This document shows positions 61,491 to 64,000 of a stretch of 64,000 nucleotides of DNA, piece after piece. Within the stretch, counting starts at the first letter, position 1, and every line of letters begins with the position of its first letter. The position numbers were made by a program, and so were the translations under genes. This stretch comes from Lophium mytilinum (lineage: Eukaryota): contig MU004187.1 of the NCBI GenBank assembly GCA_010093605.1, positions 1,558,018 through 1,622,017 on the forward strand, read 5' to 3'. The notes below the pieces were generated by a model. That model searched no databases and was not told where the DNA came from. It saw only the letters and a program-made list of their open reading frames with translations.

Positions 61491-64000
61491 GATTATAATA
61501 TAAGCTATAAGGTTAGCTAGCTAATTAAAGTAAGACTAAACTCTTTACTTTAGATTAGATTCTCTACTGTATAGTTTCTACTAAGTTATTAGAGAAGGTT
61601 ATTACCTAGTAATACTATAAGTACACTACTATAAAAGTATAAGTTTATATTAAGAATGTAGAGGTAAAAGGTGTTCTATTAGCTAGCTAGCAGGCGTAGC
61701 CTTAAGGGCTACGCCGGCGTATAGAACGCCGGCGTCCGGCTAGGCGTGCACGTAAACGTCCGTTATATGCTATACGCTAGAGCCTGTTATCTATAGAACC
61801 GTAACAACTACCCTAAATAAGAAAGACGTTGTTATTCTTAACAACTATATATCTAAGGTATACGTCCTAGATAATACTAAAATAATAACAGCCTATAAGT
61901 AATGGCGGCGTATGCGTAATAGTAAATAGGGAGTCCCAACGGCTTTATTGCGGGGGCTGTAAAGGTGTAGAAGTTATAAAAGAATATAGGTCTAGCGACA
62001 TATTTATAGAAGCTGTAAAAGATAACTAGTTTATAGAAGTTATAAAAGATAATAAGTCTATAAAAGATAACGGCTCTATAAAAGATAATAGCTCTGTAAA
62101 AAAGTAATAGCGCCCTTAAAAGATAATAGAGGGCGTGTAAGTAGTAGTAATTAAGCTATAGTAATTAGTATATAGTAATTAAGCTGTAGTAATTAGTATA
62201 TAGTAATTAAGCTATAGTAATTAGTATATAGTAATTAAGCTATAGCGATTAGCTTTTATAGGCTAGATTGTATGCAGCGACAAGCTTATTATTAATGTCC
62301 TTCTAGCGCGTCTAGCGGTTCTCTTTAGGCCTATAGCCTTTCTACTTAACTAGGTACTCTATAAATAGCTTCTTTAAGCGCCTAATATAGTAATAATAGC
62401 AATTTAAGAGCTTCTTAACCTTATAGAAGGCGCCGCTCTTATTATTGCGGTTATTTTTAACGGCAGGCGGTTCCTCTTAAATGGGCCGCCTAAAGGGGTT
62501 ATCCTTAGAAGCCGGTGCTAGCTTAAGCTATTCTACTAAGATAATAGGGTGTATTTTCTAGGTGGGAGGTAAGTTAACTTTATAGGCGTTATAACTAATA
62601 GCCTGTATTACTAGTTAAGGCCCTATACGCTATTATCTAAACTTGCAGTAGATGCTAGAAACCTTAAAACCCTTATAGAGGCGTATATATATAAGGTCTC
62701 CCGGTTAGAGATGCAGGGGTGCGTATTTTTTATTAAAACAGGCTTTTATTCTTACAGCGGCGTAGGCAATTAAGTTGGCAGCCTTCTAGCGTAGCCTCTG
62801 CCGGGCTTCTAAAAAGCTTAACGCTTCTAGGTTAAGAGGCTATGCAGGTGTAGTTGTAGGCGTTGCAGGCGTTACTAATATTAACGTTAATAACTAAGTT
62901 GCTGCCGCCGGCGTTGTAGCTAACGCGGGCGTTATAACTGGCGCGGACGTCTAAGTTGCTATTGTTGGAAGCCCCTTACTTAGCCGGAAGCCGTAGATAA
63001 TCTTATTTAGCGACTTGCTAGTAGACTAGTTAATAGAGTTATTTAACGTCCGGCGTAGTGCAGGTAGAATTACGTGCTACTTAGTATTCCCTTGTAATAG
63101 GTAGTAGCGGATTGCTAGCTTAACGGTCTAGTTTATGCGCTTTAATTAGCTATCTATATAAGAGTAGTAAGCTATAGATATAAGAATCTTAGTACTAAGG
63201 CGTAAGAATAGTAAGCGCTAAAAGGCTAATATAAACTTCTTGTTGCAATCTATTACTATTGTAGCTAGGACGCCCTAGTTAGTAAGTATATTAAGTATAA
63301 CTCCTACCTAGTCTTTAGCGTTGTAGGTGTCTTTCCCGGGCCTAATAGCTACGCGCTTTAAAAACTTGCAGGTGACTGTAATAAACGCGTTATAGCCTTG
63401 TTTACTAGATTCTAGAAGCCTAATAATAAAGTCTAAGGTAACTATATAGAATAGTATATTAGGCGTCTATACGGGTATAAGAGTTCTATACGGCTTATAG
63501 CGAGTTATTATTATAGTCCCGTAGACCTAATAATAGTCTAGGTATAGCTATAGGCGGCGAGCTAGATAGCGTAAGTAATATATAGCTTATACACGTTTAT
63601 AGGCCCTATAGAAGCCGGCGTAGAAGTAAGCGTTATAGTACTCTATAAAGATGTCGCCCTTAAGGGCTTTAGGTATATAGAGCTAGAGCCTGCTGTCTAT
63701 CTTATCGCGGTAATAGATAAGGCCCTTAATTAGTATAAAGGGGAGTCTAGGCGTATATATTACGCTTAGGGCCCTAGAAGCTAACTTGCTAGCTTCTATG
63801 CGTAGAAGGCTTATTATATTAGACTAGTGCTTATCTATGCTATAGGCCTTAATAAGTTATGCGCGGAAGTTATTAGTAATATAGATAACTAAGGTGCTAT
63901 ATATTAGGGGCTTAATATTAGTGTAGAAGGCTAATAGGTTTTTAAGCGTGTTTATAGTGGCGTCTCCGGGCCTAGCTGCTTATATAGATAGGCGAGAGAG
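61490..64000 (-). mobile_element. 3' part of a less heavily RIP'd Ty3/Gypsy chromovirus (element D), continuing beyond the window
   Basis: Minus strand: integrase GV(P)AT.V.D..KKF (~63235-63285) and AY(H)..(T)D(G)..(E)R.N(Q)TV(E)LAIR (~63105-63175); chromodomain EYLVK(W)KGY(G)P(E)ENR(W) (~62310-62360); AGGGTAGT followed by TGTTACGG at 61806 marks the probable start of the 3' LTR. The left boundary is a guess. Confidence 0.85.
62145..62253. repeat. 28-bp tandem repeat, about 4 copies, in the 3' UTR of element D
   Basis: TAGTAATTAAGC starts at 62145, 62173, 62201 and 62229. Confidence 0.85.

Larger units (their letters stand above)
19630..64000. other. AT-rich, RIP-saturated block (heterochromatin-like isochore)
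   Basis: Abrupt loss of CA/TG and excess of TA dinucleotides. No real ORFs remain; recognisable protein motifs are broken by TAA/TAG derived from CAA/CAG/TGG. Confidence 0.96.

Noticed and set aside
62145..62253. Regular short repeats as a CRISPR-like array (also 23439-23553)
   Set aside because: No unique spacers, eukaryotic context, and located in retrotransposon UTRs.

Overview
Filamentous-ascomycete (Pezizomycotina-type) genomic DNA in two sharply separated compartments. (1) 1-~19,620 has balanced GC and is gene-dense: an F-box gene, an orphan membrane-protein ORF, a divergent POP5 / NYV1(VAMP7-like) pair, a six-exon pyrimidine-specific GATase-CPSase-ATCase gene (URA2/pyrABCN-like) and a YVC1-like TRP-type channel. 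(2) ~19,620-64,000 is very AT-rich and saturated by RIP (CpA/TpG to TpA). It holds two complete Ty3/Gypsy elements with paired LTRs, two further partial or nested ones, three assembly gaps, and about 17 kb of non-retrotransposon DNA that still shows relics of intron-containing genes. Most notable: the URA2 protein lacks the dihydroorotase-like domain and has a strongly structured 433-nt intron directly before a frameshifting 14-nt micro-exon; the LTR elements show Tf1-type self-priming; and the RIP-killed multi-gene block may be a dead giant mobile element or segmental duplication. All calls were made by eye; no searches or folding calculations were run.
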